From: Tubiluchus corallicola
Taxonomy: Eukaryota > Animalia > Priapulida
Direction of reading: 5' to 3'
Length of the DNA stretch: 64,000 bases
NCBI GenBank assembly: GCA_030141605.1
Contig: JAQGDQ010000662.1
Span: 1-64,000 of the forward strand
Shown: positions 25,401-38,147 of the stretch, piece by piece
Layout: the number at the start of each line of letters is the position of its first letter
Position numbering within the stretch: position 1 is the stretch's first letter
The notes under the pieces: generated by a model
The model's database searches: none
The model's input: the letters and a program-made list of their open reading frames with translations, nothing else
Told to the model about the DNA's origin: nothing
Program-made: the position numbers and the translations under genes

Positions 25401-28400
25401 ACCATCTAGAACTATCAAGAACTATCAAGAACTAAAGTCTCACATCTGCTAGTTTCTTTAGGTTCAGAACCCTTACTCAATTTCCTTTGAGAACACTAAG
25501 TGCTGATAAAGTGTTAATTGCGTTGCTTTTTTCCAAGATTTGTGAAATGTAAATAACTCCAAAGCTTTTTGTACTAAAACTATTTGAAAATCTACTTTGG
25601 TGTCAGCACGTTCTTAAAATTATCATTTTAACCAGGAATCTTCAAAAATGGGTCACCATATTAGCACACGGCTTAAGACGAGACCCTCTTAAATCACTAA
25701 AACAGCAAAAATGGCAATCTTTTACCTCTAGGTGTAACACTGTCAAAGTTATACGGGGGACACCGATAGACCAGCTCATAAGCAACGACGGCAAAACTGA
25801 AGACGTCTCCTTTCTGGGTGCCTTTCGGGGGTGGAAAGTTCTCTCGGAGAATCTCCGGCGCGGTCCATTGCTTGTATGTGAAGATCCGGTTAGTCAAGTA
25901 TTCATTGATGTTGTCCGCCTTGCGGTGATACTTCCCTGTCTTCTGTTGACTTACTATTAAAAATAATATAATATTCATGCCTTCATAATGAAGTTTCAGA
26001 ACTAAATAATTAAACTGCTTCATCGTTTTGCTTTAGCCACTTTTTACAGCGTCTCGTCTTTTTAGAATACGCCACAATATTGTGTTCTAAATTTTTTGAC
26101 AAAATAGATTCTACAGCCACTTGTGGTTTACCAGGCCGTCACGACTATCCAAAATCTTCAAACTATAAAAAATGGCGAATCACAAGAGTTGAAAAATTCA
26201 TGGCCATTGTTCTGGAACACAACCTGCTATGACCTTAGTCTGGCGCAGCAAAACATATCGTGTACATCTGAGATGAGGCGGTTTAGACTGCTGTTATACA
26301 GCCTAGTTTTCACGAGGGTTTCACACCTTCAAACAGCCGTGCTTTCACAATCCAGTACAAATCTTTCAAAGTTCTTAAACCTTAGTGTTATTAAACTTTA
26401 AGCTACAATGTTATTTTATCGTGAACTTGTTTTTATCAACTGTGGGCACCTCATTTCATAAGAGCTATTTGGTTTCTCCTCTTTAAGCGACAGAGATGAC
26501 ATCTTGTTCACTACGCATGAATTCGTTATGTGAATTTACGAAAGCAAGGTTGCCCAACACATTATCCCTTTCTTACTTGTTAATGTTCTCTTTATTATTT
26601 CTCTTTTGAATAAACAAATTTATAACATGAAGCAATTAGTGAAAACATTTGTGTCCACAACAAATACAATAGTACCGAATTTATGTAATTCTAATGAGAC
26701 GAATTTAGTGGAAAATTTATAAAATCGTAGTCAAAACTTCATTAAATCTCTTTTGGTCGGTGGTCTGGTATTTTTGCTCTGCAAAAATTGTCGCTAAAGT
26801 TATTACTTTGAACAACTAACAAGTTATACTGTGTGTGTAAATTTTAATAAACCACGACTTTTTGGCTGAAAGAAAAAAGAGCAAAACAAGCTTCCCCCTT
26901 GATCTGCAGACCTGTGATCTCCCATGTTATTAAGCTACGATTGTATTTCTTATTTTAGCAACTACAAAAATCATGGGCTCAAGGGAAATCACCTGTTGCC
27001 CACAGTTCAAAAGGGAGACTTGCACTTGTGAAAAAAGTATCTCAGTACTTTGAAATTCTTCATTCTCTTGAGCGCCCTCTTTCCTGTTTTGTCCAGACAG
27101 CACGCTCGGCAGGCCGTAATCCGTTACTTTAAGTACCCATCGATGATCGATCAAACAGTTTGTTGACTGGAAGAAAAATCAATTTCTTTGCAATGACTCT
27201 AACAATAATAACTGCATTATAAGGAGGAGAAGTTAGAGAGTGGTCGTGAAGTGCACGCTTAGTGACCACAGTTAAAGAACACCTAGCCTATACAGTAAAT
27301 GGATGGGTGACCTCCTAGAAAACTACTTCTACATGATTTCTCCTGTCAGGTTAACAAGTTTTCTAGCGATGACTATATCGCTTTTGTCCGTTTCCATCTT
27401 AGGCTTAGTCGACTACCCCTGATAATGGGCAAACTTTTGGCCCAAACACAATTGATTTACGCACTGTGTTGAGTGCCGGACCGAGCGCTGAACTTTATAA
27501 AAAAAACATTATAGCCAAAATTGTACAACTATTGCTCACACATTGTCGGCTTTTAGATAAAGGTATAGCTATTTAAATTTAAATGAGAAAAGACAATTTT
27601 TAAGTGTCTCAAAAAACTTTCCATACAAAGCTATGTTACTTTTGCATTTAGCTTACCTGCTTGAAAGACTTGTGCTAGAAGAGAATTAAGAATTCAAAAT
27701 TTTCGCATCAGCTGGTAACATGTGACCGTTGCACTATCTCAGTGCGCATCAAAAAGCGTCATTGGTTCATAGAAAAACATACAGTACTTTGTCTGTAGTT
27801 TTGCCTAAGCTCCCGCTTGCTATTGTGACGTGCTTACTGTACACTACCTGCATCCTTGGCATAACAGCAACATCTAACTGATTAAACTTACTGGCAAAGA
27901 CAGCCAGAGCTTCAAAAGCAATGGCTAAGCAAGTGATTAAATGTTTAACTTCCAGGAATTCTTGGGTAAGGAGGTTAATTGCAGTAGACGGGCAGGTCGA
28001 AGCAAACCGTTAGGCTAGCATATTAGCACGTGATAAATGTTCCTGCTTACAAACAAAATGGTACTTAACATGATTGTTTCTATGTATGTTATAGGAAAAA
28101 AACAAACTAAAATGATATAAAAGTCATAAAACCTTATTAGTCACAGGAAAGTGTCTTACTGAAACATGTCAGGCAAAAACATTGAGTCAATTATGCAGAG
28201 TTATTTGAGTCTATTACCATTACATTTGAATAGAAGCGGCCCGTTCCAGGCGTTTTTTAGTCAATTAAGCGATTGAGTCTATTAACCGTGAGTCTATTAA
28301 GCGGCGCCTACTGTATTATTAATCTTACCGACAAGAAAAAGTAATTAAAGCTTTTGCATGGTCTCATTATATTTCAAACTTTTCGTAACATTACCTAATC

Positions 28401-31400
28401 TTGTTTCAAATGACTTACCATTAATATGGCTGCACCTAACGGTCATCGCAGGAGTTTAAATTTACAAGTTTTATATACCATTACTACTAGCCCAAGGCCT
28501 GTATGCAATAAGACAGCACATCAGTGATATAAAATTCCAAGACAAATTTTTAAACTTTCATTCATGAAGACTGTCTTCCTGTGGTCAGTGGTCAGTAGCA
28601 ACAGTAAGCATCAATGTAATAAAAACATACTGATTCCTACCTTAAGGTTGCCATGGGAACCAATTCCATGGATTTTTGTAATGGCCTCCATACCGCACGC
28701 CAGATCCATGAGCAGGCTATACTTGAACACCGGAGTTAACGTTATACCTTCATTCTCAATCACATCCTTCAAGTCACAAAGTTTAACGGCATTAATTTTA
28801 CTAAAACAGACTCAAGTTTCAGACCATAACTCAAACTGATCTACAACCTAAAATATTGAAAACACAATGCTAAGAATAACTTACATTAAAGAATTACTAC
28901 TTTGCATGTTTAACTTTGCTAGTTTTCCACCGTTGCACAGTCTTAGCCACACATGCTTAGATGGGCAACTATGCCTACATTTCAAATACAAAAAATATGC
29001 AACATACGGGGGTTGACATCAGTAAAAAATGACTAACTACACAATCCCAGTCATTCCATCATCATAGCCTCGTCAAATCACAAGCTAGCTTAGTAAAAAA
29101 TTTAAATATGAAATTCTGAGCTTGAATTTTTTTCCACTTTGTCTGTATCACTGTCAGTATCATTCATCAACACTGTATTCCAGTCTTTGTTTTGCTTCCA
29201 AAGATTTCTGCCATTTCTAATTTTTATCTGCAGTGACATTATGACCATTTCATCAATGGAATTTAATATTCACAGTCAGACCTTCATAGTTTAACACTAG
29301 CATCACTCACTTACCACAAGACTGCCCTTCTTACAATATTCCCAAACGAGACAGATGTTTGGAGGGTCGATGACGGCTCCGATGAACACATTAAGATTTT
29401 CGTGCATCACCTCTTTCACCTAAACAATAGAACAGCCATGTGTTTAGTTTGTTGGATTTACTATATCTGTTCACTATATTTTGTTAACTATTTACTTGTT
29501 TACTATAATCCAAATTTACTTTGCTGGATTTCGTTTTCTATAGAGGCTAGTGGGGTGTTACAGAAGCACACAATCCAAATTTACTTTGTACAAAAAATCA
29601 CAAAAAAAATTTTTTTATTTTAGCACATTAGGAAAATTGGATTTTTGGTCTTATTTTATGATATCCATAATCTTATGCAGCCTGGTCATAAGCAACGAAT
29701 CAGTATAACAGAATGAACTGATGAATTGTAATTTAGAAAACAGCTGAAATCCAGTAGATGGCTCTTGCAAAGGACGAGCTGGGCTTGAAAATAGAAAAAA
29801 CGGCAAAAATGATTGCTTCCCAGAACAACTAATTGAGTTTGAAAATACAAGATTTTCACGATAACTGCAAGACCAGTTTTTAGGCAGGGTAGCATGTAAC
29901 TAGTTTAACATTAAATTTTCACTATTTTTTGAACATTTTAAAGACGACTTGATGGTAGAATATAAAAGTGTAATATATTTAGTGTTTGTTTTTATAAAAA
30001 ACAAATAATAGATATTTGAGAGAATTTTTGATGCATTTTACTTTGAAGTATCACAACGTAGTCTTAACTATGCTGAATTATGAATGATTTTATATACATA
30101 AACTTTATACATAAATTTTATATACATAACTTTATATATACATATAAATATAACTCTGTATATAAATATATGTATGTATATTTAAATCTTATTTTGTATG
30201 CCTCGCTCAAGGTAAAGCCCTCGTATTTTCCTCATTTGTCTTGTGGGCGTAACTACACTTCTGAGACCCTGCAACTTGTGGGGGGGGGGGCAAGATTGCG
30301 TAATTACCAAAGATCTTACCGAAACTGAAATTTAAGAAACACGGGAAACCGATATCGAAACAAAAGCGAACCGAAATTATTTTTGCAAAACCGACTACTA
30401 TCACAACTTAAAAAAATTCTGATATAAATAAAACACTTCGTTTTTGCTTGTTTGCTTATATTTGCTCTGATGCAAGTTTATAGAAGTAGTTAGGCAAAAA
30501 ACTTAATCAAAAAAGTAAAACAATGTTTACGGTTAAAGAACATGGAGTTTAAAAAAAACTGACAAATTTCATTTTCTAAATATTTTGTTGTCTATATTTC
30601 ATAAACTATAAAATTAAATTTGGTTTTATTCAAATTAGGTTTTGATATTTCGATTGATTGAGTCTGGAGACTTTAAAGCTTTACAGTCATCAGCACTGAA
30701 GATATACCGCATTGCAGTAAAATGCATGCTACAAATGGTACAAAAACTACGAAACTTAATTTTCGATAAAAACAAAACTCACCGGAAAGTATGAAATTTT
30801 CATTTCAGTAACATCCCTGGAAGCTATGCCACTGGACAGACACAATAAACAACTTTTTCTCTAGTGATCAAAGGCAAACAAACATCAAAAAATTATAAAA
30901 AATAAATACCGTATTGAATTCCGTCAGCACGTTCTTCGTCAAAGTTATGTGCTGTTTATTCACATATTTTATCGCCACCATCTTTTCGTTAAAGTAACCG
31001 ACGTTTGTAAAAATCTGTTGTCCTCGAAGGTCGCCCAAGCCGCTCTTTCCGCCCGTGTAGCTTGAGTAACCACTAGAGGACGCTTTGCCAATTGACGGCT
31101 CTGACACAGCGCCTTCTTTTAAAGATCGGGAACCAGTAGAAATACTACCCTGTCAAATCACAACAGGAGATGTTGAAAGTGGCACGTGGTGAAATAAAAG
31201 TTAATGCTTGTAAGCGTTAAAGTCCAAAAACGTGAGATAAAAACTATATCCAAAAATTAATTTTTAATTTATTCATCAAAATTAATAGACTTGTTTACTA
31301 CATACAATTACAGTACAATAAAAGAGCAAGTATCAGTTAAGTCAGTTTTTTTACATTAACCACATATCAACAGTGGTAACTAGCGGAGTAAACTATAGTC

Positions 31401-34400
31401 CTAATCGATGTTTGTATCATTAAATAAAAATACGCTGTGTGAAGGAGTAGTGCTGTGTAAGCGCATTTACAAATTAACGAAAATTCGAAAAAATCGAAAT
31501 ATGAAATTTGAAAATAAAATTTGAACTTTCAACACTCTAATGAAAAACTACAATTACTCAACAAGAGGTAATTTCAATTTTTCAAAGTTCTTGTCTTGTA
31601 AAGGGTTAACGTACTTGACTTCCCGATCCAGTAGACGATGCAGCCGTTGACTTCTGTACCTTCCTTATGTCATCCCAGGAGAGACGCCACGCCATGAGCA
31701 ACATGCTCGCCTCTTTTTTTGAACGCCTGTAAAAGTTTTGCATAAAAGATGCGAGAACAAAACAGCAACGCAACGTTAAACAGCTGCATTTCCAGACAAT
31801 CCGCCAGTGCCAGGGTTTGGGTTCATGACAGTCTTACCAAGCTGTATATTGATGTTGAATACAAGCAATTCTGAATACACCAAATCAGAACTATACTGAT
31901 TGCGGAATTAGAAAATTGTAGGAAAAACAGCAGAACTGCACTTTCACACACGTTACTAACAGAAGCAAAATTCAGAGCAATAAGCCTTTTCACAGTTCCA
32001 GCAATTGATGGTGATCGTGAAAAGGTCAATGGTCAAACGTACCAAACAACGCATTTGTGTACAATTGCAATGCCTCGGAGCCCATGCTATTCTACTACTA
32101 ACAGTTTCAACAATTAGCTAGAACCTTACCTATTTCATTTTTTCTTGTTCCCAAGTAACATCTGCTAGTAAATCATTCTTACCTACAGACTAATGCATAA
32201 TTAAGTAAAGTCTACGTAAAACAACTGTAGTTACTGAACTGATGCACCAGAGGCTTTGCTTTACCCACACGTCACGTGATGGTTGTTGCTAGGACACGTT
32301 GCTGTGGTACACTTAATCTTTGACTTACAGCAAGTGCGCATGCGTACAACTAAACTATGAAAAGGCTTATTATTTTAATGTGACATTACTCTGCAACTAT
32401 CAATAAACTCATATAGACATGAATTTTAAATGTACAGGTTGAACTTTGGTGTACAAATAAGGCTACTTTCCACTGCATTTAATAATGGGTGCATAAAACC
32501 TTCAATGAAAATGAAAACTACATCACTATTACAGCAGTGGTGCTGCCACGCAATGTTTCAGAATAATTATATAATCATATTGTTTTATAGTCTGTCTTGT
32601 TAATCTGTCTGTGGCCTCAATGTTGCCTGAGAAATCTGCTCACAAATCACATGGCAATTACAAAAAAGTTAACTCTTTCAAGTTCCAAGTTTTTAGAAGT
32701 AAAATGAAGTTACTCAAGTGTACATTACGCTTCACCAGAATGAACTTTATTTCTATTTATTTCTTATTGTTTTTAATGTACGAGAAAAAAGGCAGGAGAG
32801 CTAGACTGGTGAATATTATCTCAAAGTTGCCGACCCGAATATGATTCGTGAAGTCGTTTGTGTTAAAGCATCTGTATAATTTGAAAGTCAAGAAATTTAT
32901 ATTGTAGATAGCTGGGGGAGGGTCCTTGAAGATAGTGTGGCGAACGGTGACATCAGTGAAACGGTCAAGGACAATGGACATTGGTCAATTTTTCGACTGT
33001 TATTCAACTTTACACAAGGTTTTAGGTTGAATTCAATTTTTTTCATAAGTATCGAGGAACTGTAGGGTAAATGTGTACCTGGGCCTTTAAAGAGGTGGAA
33101 TTCTTTAAAGGCCCAAAGAACCGAAATGAATAACAATGAACAACTCTAAAACTATGGTAACTAGACTCATGAAAGTTACAAGACCCTTGGGGCAGGGGTT
33201 CCGGCCACCGTATGGTTAGAAAACTTGGAACTCATTCAGGGTAGCAGGCAATATGTAAAAATCAGGGTATTGACATTTAATTCATGTTAGCTTGCAAATG
33301 TAGAAGGCTGGAGTCATGAAAATTAGTAGATACCTTGGCCTCAAAAAATAGTAGGGTGGACAGTGACCTCAATCGAAGGGCCAAGGTCGTTAGATATCAG
33401 TCAGTTTTTTGGCTGTCGTTGAACTACTCCCAAATCTTTGAGTTCAGTTAATTTTTTTTGGTAAGTATTAGGTACAGTGGATTAATAATCTACAACAAGC
33501 TCAACCAGGTACAGTCAGGTGTAAACACGGTAACAGCGTTATGATTGCGGATACAGATCTGATTTCGTACAGTCCTGCTGTTTAAGTACATAGTTTAGTA
33601 CAAGTAAAAATAAAAAAAAACCTGTACATAAGGACTCCAAATATCACGCATCCAGCAACGAACAAACTTGAAGCTACAGTAGCAATGATAATGATGAGTG
33701 TATCTAAAAACAAAAAATGACTGATCATTGTTCGGCAAATACCTTGATAAGACAATTAACAGGTATAATTCCCAAAAAAGTATTCCTCCAAGTTCAAGTT
33801 CCGATTAGCTTTATCTGCTATTCGGTTTCGCAAGGAAGCATACAGAGTGTCAGGAAATGATAGACCTCGCTATACTAAAAAGTATCACAGGTAGATTGAA
33901 AATATATTTTTTAATATTTTAATCGTAATATTTCTTACTTAAAAAATACATACCAAAAGTTTAACATGTTTTTAGAAAACAAGTACTGATGCTTATATGT
34001 TTTCAAAAAACACATACCGAAGCTTAATATGTTAAAAAAACACGTAGTTTAATGTGTTTTTAAAAAACACATACCAAAGTTTAATGTGTTTCAAAAAAAC
34101 ACAGATGGAAGTTTAATGTGTTTTTAAAAAACACGTACCAAAGTTTAATGTGTATTTAAAAAAACATGTACCAAAGTTTAATGTGTTTTTAAAAAACATG
34201 TACTGGAGTTTAATGTGTTTTCAAGAGACATGTACCGAAATTTACTATGTCTTAAAAATCACGTACCGAAGTTTAATGTGTTTTTAAAAAAACACGTACC
34301 GAAGTTTAATGTGTTTTTAAAAAACATGTACTGAAGTTTAATGTGCTTTTAAAAAACACGTACCAAAGTTTAATGTGTTTTGAAAAAACATGTACTGAAG

Positions 34401-37400
34401 TTTAATGTGTTTTCAAAAACATATACAGAAGTTTAACATGGTTTCAAAAAAGTGTGACGAAGTTTGATCATTTGGAATCACTTGAAAATTACCACACTGA
34501 TGTTACAGATTCTTGCGTGTAAACACCACACATTTTGATCATATCCTTAGGTTTTTCGAACGATAAAGAAGTTTTAAAACAGCAAGACAAAATAATAACT
34601 GCCAGCGAAACTTTTCACCATTTTCAAAAGTTATGACATTGCTCTACATGTCCACCATTTGCACTGCAAACTAGACAGAGACATTTCTTCAAACAACCGA
34701 TGCAGGTTTTTAACTTCTTTAAGGGGTATTTACTCTCAGCACCCAACAACTTTTACCTTTAGTTCCTCTTCATCAAATGGCTCTATGTGGCAGTCATACA
34801 TTTTCTCTCCAGGTACAGCAATCCATAGGATTAAGTCCCATTTTATTCTTGGTAACAAATCCTTGAAAGTGCTTATCATTTTGTGCAGTAGGTCATGATG
34901 TAAACTGGTTGATTTCTTTATTGTTTTGCTGCCATATATTGACTGTTTCATACGCTAATGTGGCTGTTTTTCGATTAATGATAACTGCATTGTTCCAGCA
35001 CTTAATTTTTTAACATGCAAAAGCTTTTTAGCTATAATTTAAAAACCACTAAAAGTATAAACTTGTAACTTTCACAGCAAAAAGTTAATCTATCATATTA
35101 TCAAGCTGCAAAATTTCAAGTTAGTACTGCTCTTGCTTCTAATATTACTATAGTCTAAATTTCTGCCTGTTTTGCTGCCATATATTGACTGTTTCATACG
35201 CTAATGTGGCTGTTTTTCGATTAATGATAACTGCATTGTTCCAGCACTTAATTTTTTAACATGCAAAAGCTTTTTAGCTATAACTTAAAAACCACTAAAA
35301 GTATAAACTTGTAACTTTCACAGCAAAAAGTTAATCTATCATATTATCAAGCTGCAAAATTTCAAGTTAGTACTGCTCTTGCTTCTAATATTACTATAGT
35401 CTAAATTTCGGTGCATTTTTTCTGCACGACCTGCACTACTTACAGTAGCCTGCACCTACTTACGTAATTTAATTAGTCATAATTACATACCGGACTCTTC
35501 AGGGCACAGTTCATTACTAAACCCACACGGAGGTTTGTCAGGAGGTGCAAATTGATGTCCAACCAATCCGCCGGGCCATTGAGGTTCGATCAGCTGCCTA
35601 AATACCTGAAATTGTTTGATAAATTAGCAACCAAAACAGCGCTAAAAACGTAAATTTCATCTAAGTAGAGATTACACATTAAGCAATAATGCTATAGAAT
35701 TGCAGAAATTACAGGTCATTATCCGAGGCCAAAAATTAGGCCGCAACACTACCTCCGTGCCGTTATACTCTCACCCACTACGTCGCTGATATACCTTCCC
35801 CAGTGTCTCCTTGCTTTCCTGCTCCATACTTTCAAGCTACAAGAGCAACTAGTAAGCCTTTTCACACTTCCAGCAATTGATGGTGATCGTGAAAAAGTCA
35901 AAGGTTAAGAGTACCAGACAACGTTTTTATGTACACTTGACAACGCCTCGCAGCCCATGCTGTTCTAATAGTAACAGTTTTAACAGATAGCTAAAACCTT
36001 GCCTAGTTCATTTTTTTTGTTCCCAAGCAAGATCCTGCTGGTAAATCACTCTATGCACAGACTAATGCATAATTAAGTAAAGTCCACGTAAGACAAGTGA
36101 ATTTACTGAACTGATCCGGCAGACGGCTTTGCTTTACACACATCACATGATGGATGTAGTTAAGACATGTTGCTGTGGTACACTTAACCTTTGACCTACA
36201 GTAAGTGCTCGTGCACACAACAAAACTGTGAAAAGGCTTGTTAAAAGAACATGACTGTGCAAACGACAGAAAATCAAATCCACAATGCATCATCATAACT
36301 AGCAACAATTTCTTTCACAAAAGCTGGTAAATTATTTTGAATTAGTTCAGAGTGAATGTTGGTGGCGGGGCTGGTATCTACCTCATTACTAAGGCTAATT
36401 ATCCAAAATATGACATTGAAAAGACAGAAGTATCTCAAGTCACACTAAAATGCGAATACATCATCCCTCAACAAGGTAAGCAGCTAGAATCAGAACGGTA
36501 AACAAAAACTACCCAGAGTGAGTATCGAATCCTCGTTAACCAGCCACAGCATAGCTTAATTTCGGTCACTAAGCACACACTGCATCCAGCCCACCAATAC
36601 CAAAATGCATGCAGTATCATATCACACCGGCTAAGTTTAGTTTAAATATAATTTATAGGATTGAGCAAACACTTTGATAGAATTGCAATATAATTACAAT
36701 TACAACTACAGAACATTAAGAAGACAATTATACAGCCACTGCTACTCAATATTAAAACCATTAAATTATCCTAATAAAGATCGTAAATTATTTCGAATTA
36801 GTTGCGGTGCAAATTTAAACTTAGTAGAAATTCTTTATTGGCATGAAAGATGTCCAAGACTGAATATGAAAAAAAACACAGAGTTTAAGAGTTTGAAGAT
36901 GCAACGATCAAAGCTACTGAATCGTCAATTGATTACTAAGGTTACGTAACAGCGATAAAACTGACAAACGTCAGATTAAAGTAACACATTTACTGCAGAC
37001 GAAAGAAAGCAGGGCAAAATACAATCCACGATGAAGCGAGCACAAAATGCCATCATCACTAATTGATAACGATACCTAGAATCTTTTGGCAGGCAATAAG
37101 CCTTTTCACACTTTTGTTGTGTGCACGAGCAGTTGCTGTATGTCAAACGTTAAGAGTATCACAGCAACGCGTCTTAACTACAACCGTCACGTGACGTGTG
37201 GGTAAAGCAAAGCTGTCTGCCACTCTGAACAAAAAAAAGTAGGTAAGGTTCTAGGTAGCTGTTAAAATTGTTAATAGTACAACAGCCTGGGCTGTGAGGT
37301 GTTGTCAAGTGTACACAAATGCTTTGTCTCGTACACTTAACCTTTAACCTTGTCACGATCATCATCAATAGCTGGCACTGTGAAAAGGCTTAACACTAGT

Positions 37401-38063
37401 CAGAAGAGTAATTGAGAACTAAGTGTGATTAAGCGACATCATACAACAATGTTTTGGGACATTAATGCACTTAGGAGCGTCAAAATTCTGGCACAACTAG
37501 CCAAAATAAGAAAGAGTTAACACCTCGTTTGAAAAACAGAATGAAGAAAACAATGTCTTTTACACGTTGCTTTGTACTTGCCTTAATGCTTAAAACAAAG
37601 CCACATCATTTCAAAACAAAAACCAATAAAAAATTGATATCGAGCACCTACCCGTGTTCCATCCTCCAAATTTACCACCTCCGCAAACTTCTGAAAGACT
37701 CCATCCTGATCCATGTCAGTGATCCAATAATCGGGTTCTCGATCACCCGCCTGATCCATTAGAAGATTTCCGCTCATTCCTAATTAAAGGAGCAACGAGA
37801 AACACGTCTTAACATGATGCACATCATCAATAAGTTCAATTTCTCGCCTAAATAAACGCGCAGCGGTAAAAAACTAAAAGAAAAATCAATAAGGGTAAAT
37901 GACAATGTTTATTCAACAATGCTTTGCGTATCTATCACCTTCCTAGTAAAACAATGTGATCGCATCTTAATGGATGTTCAAATTGTGTGCTTCTGTTTAA
38001 ATGTTTCTACGCACCCCACATACATGTTAAACATCCAACTTTGTAATTTAATGTTTCTATTCA

Positions 38064-38147
<84 letters not shown>

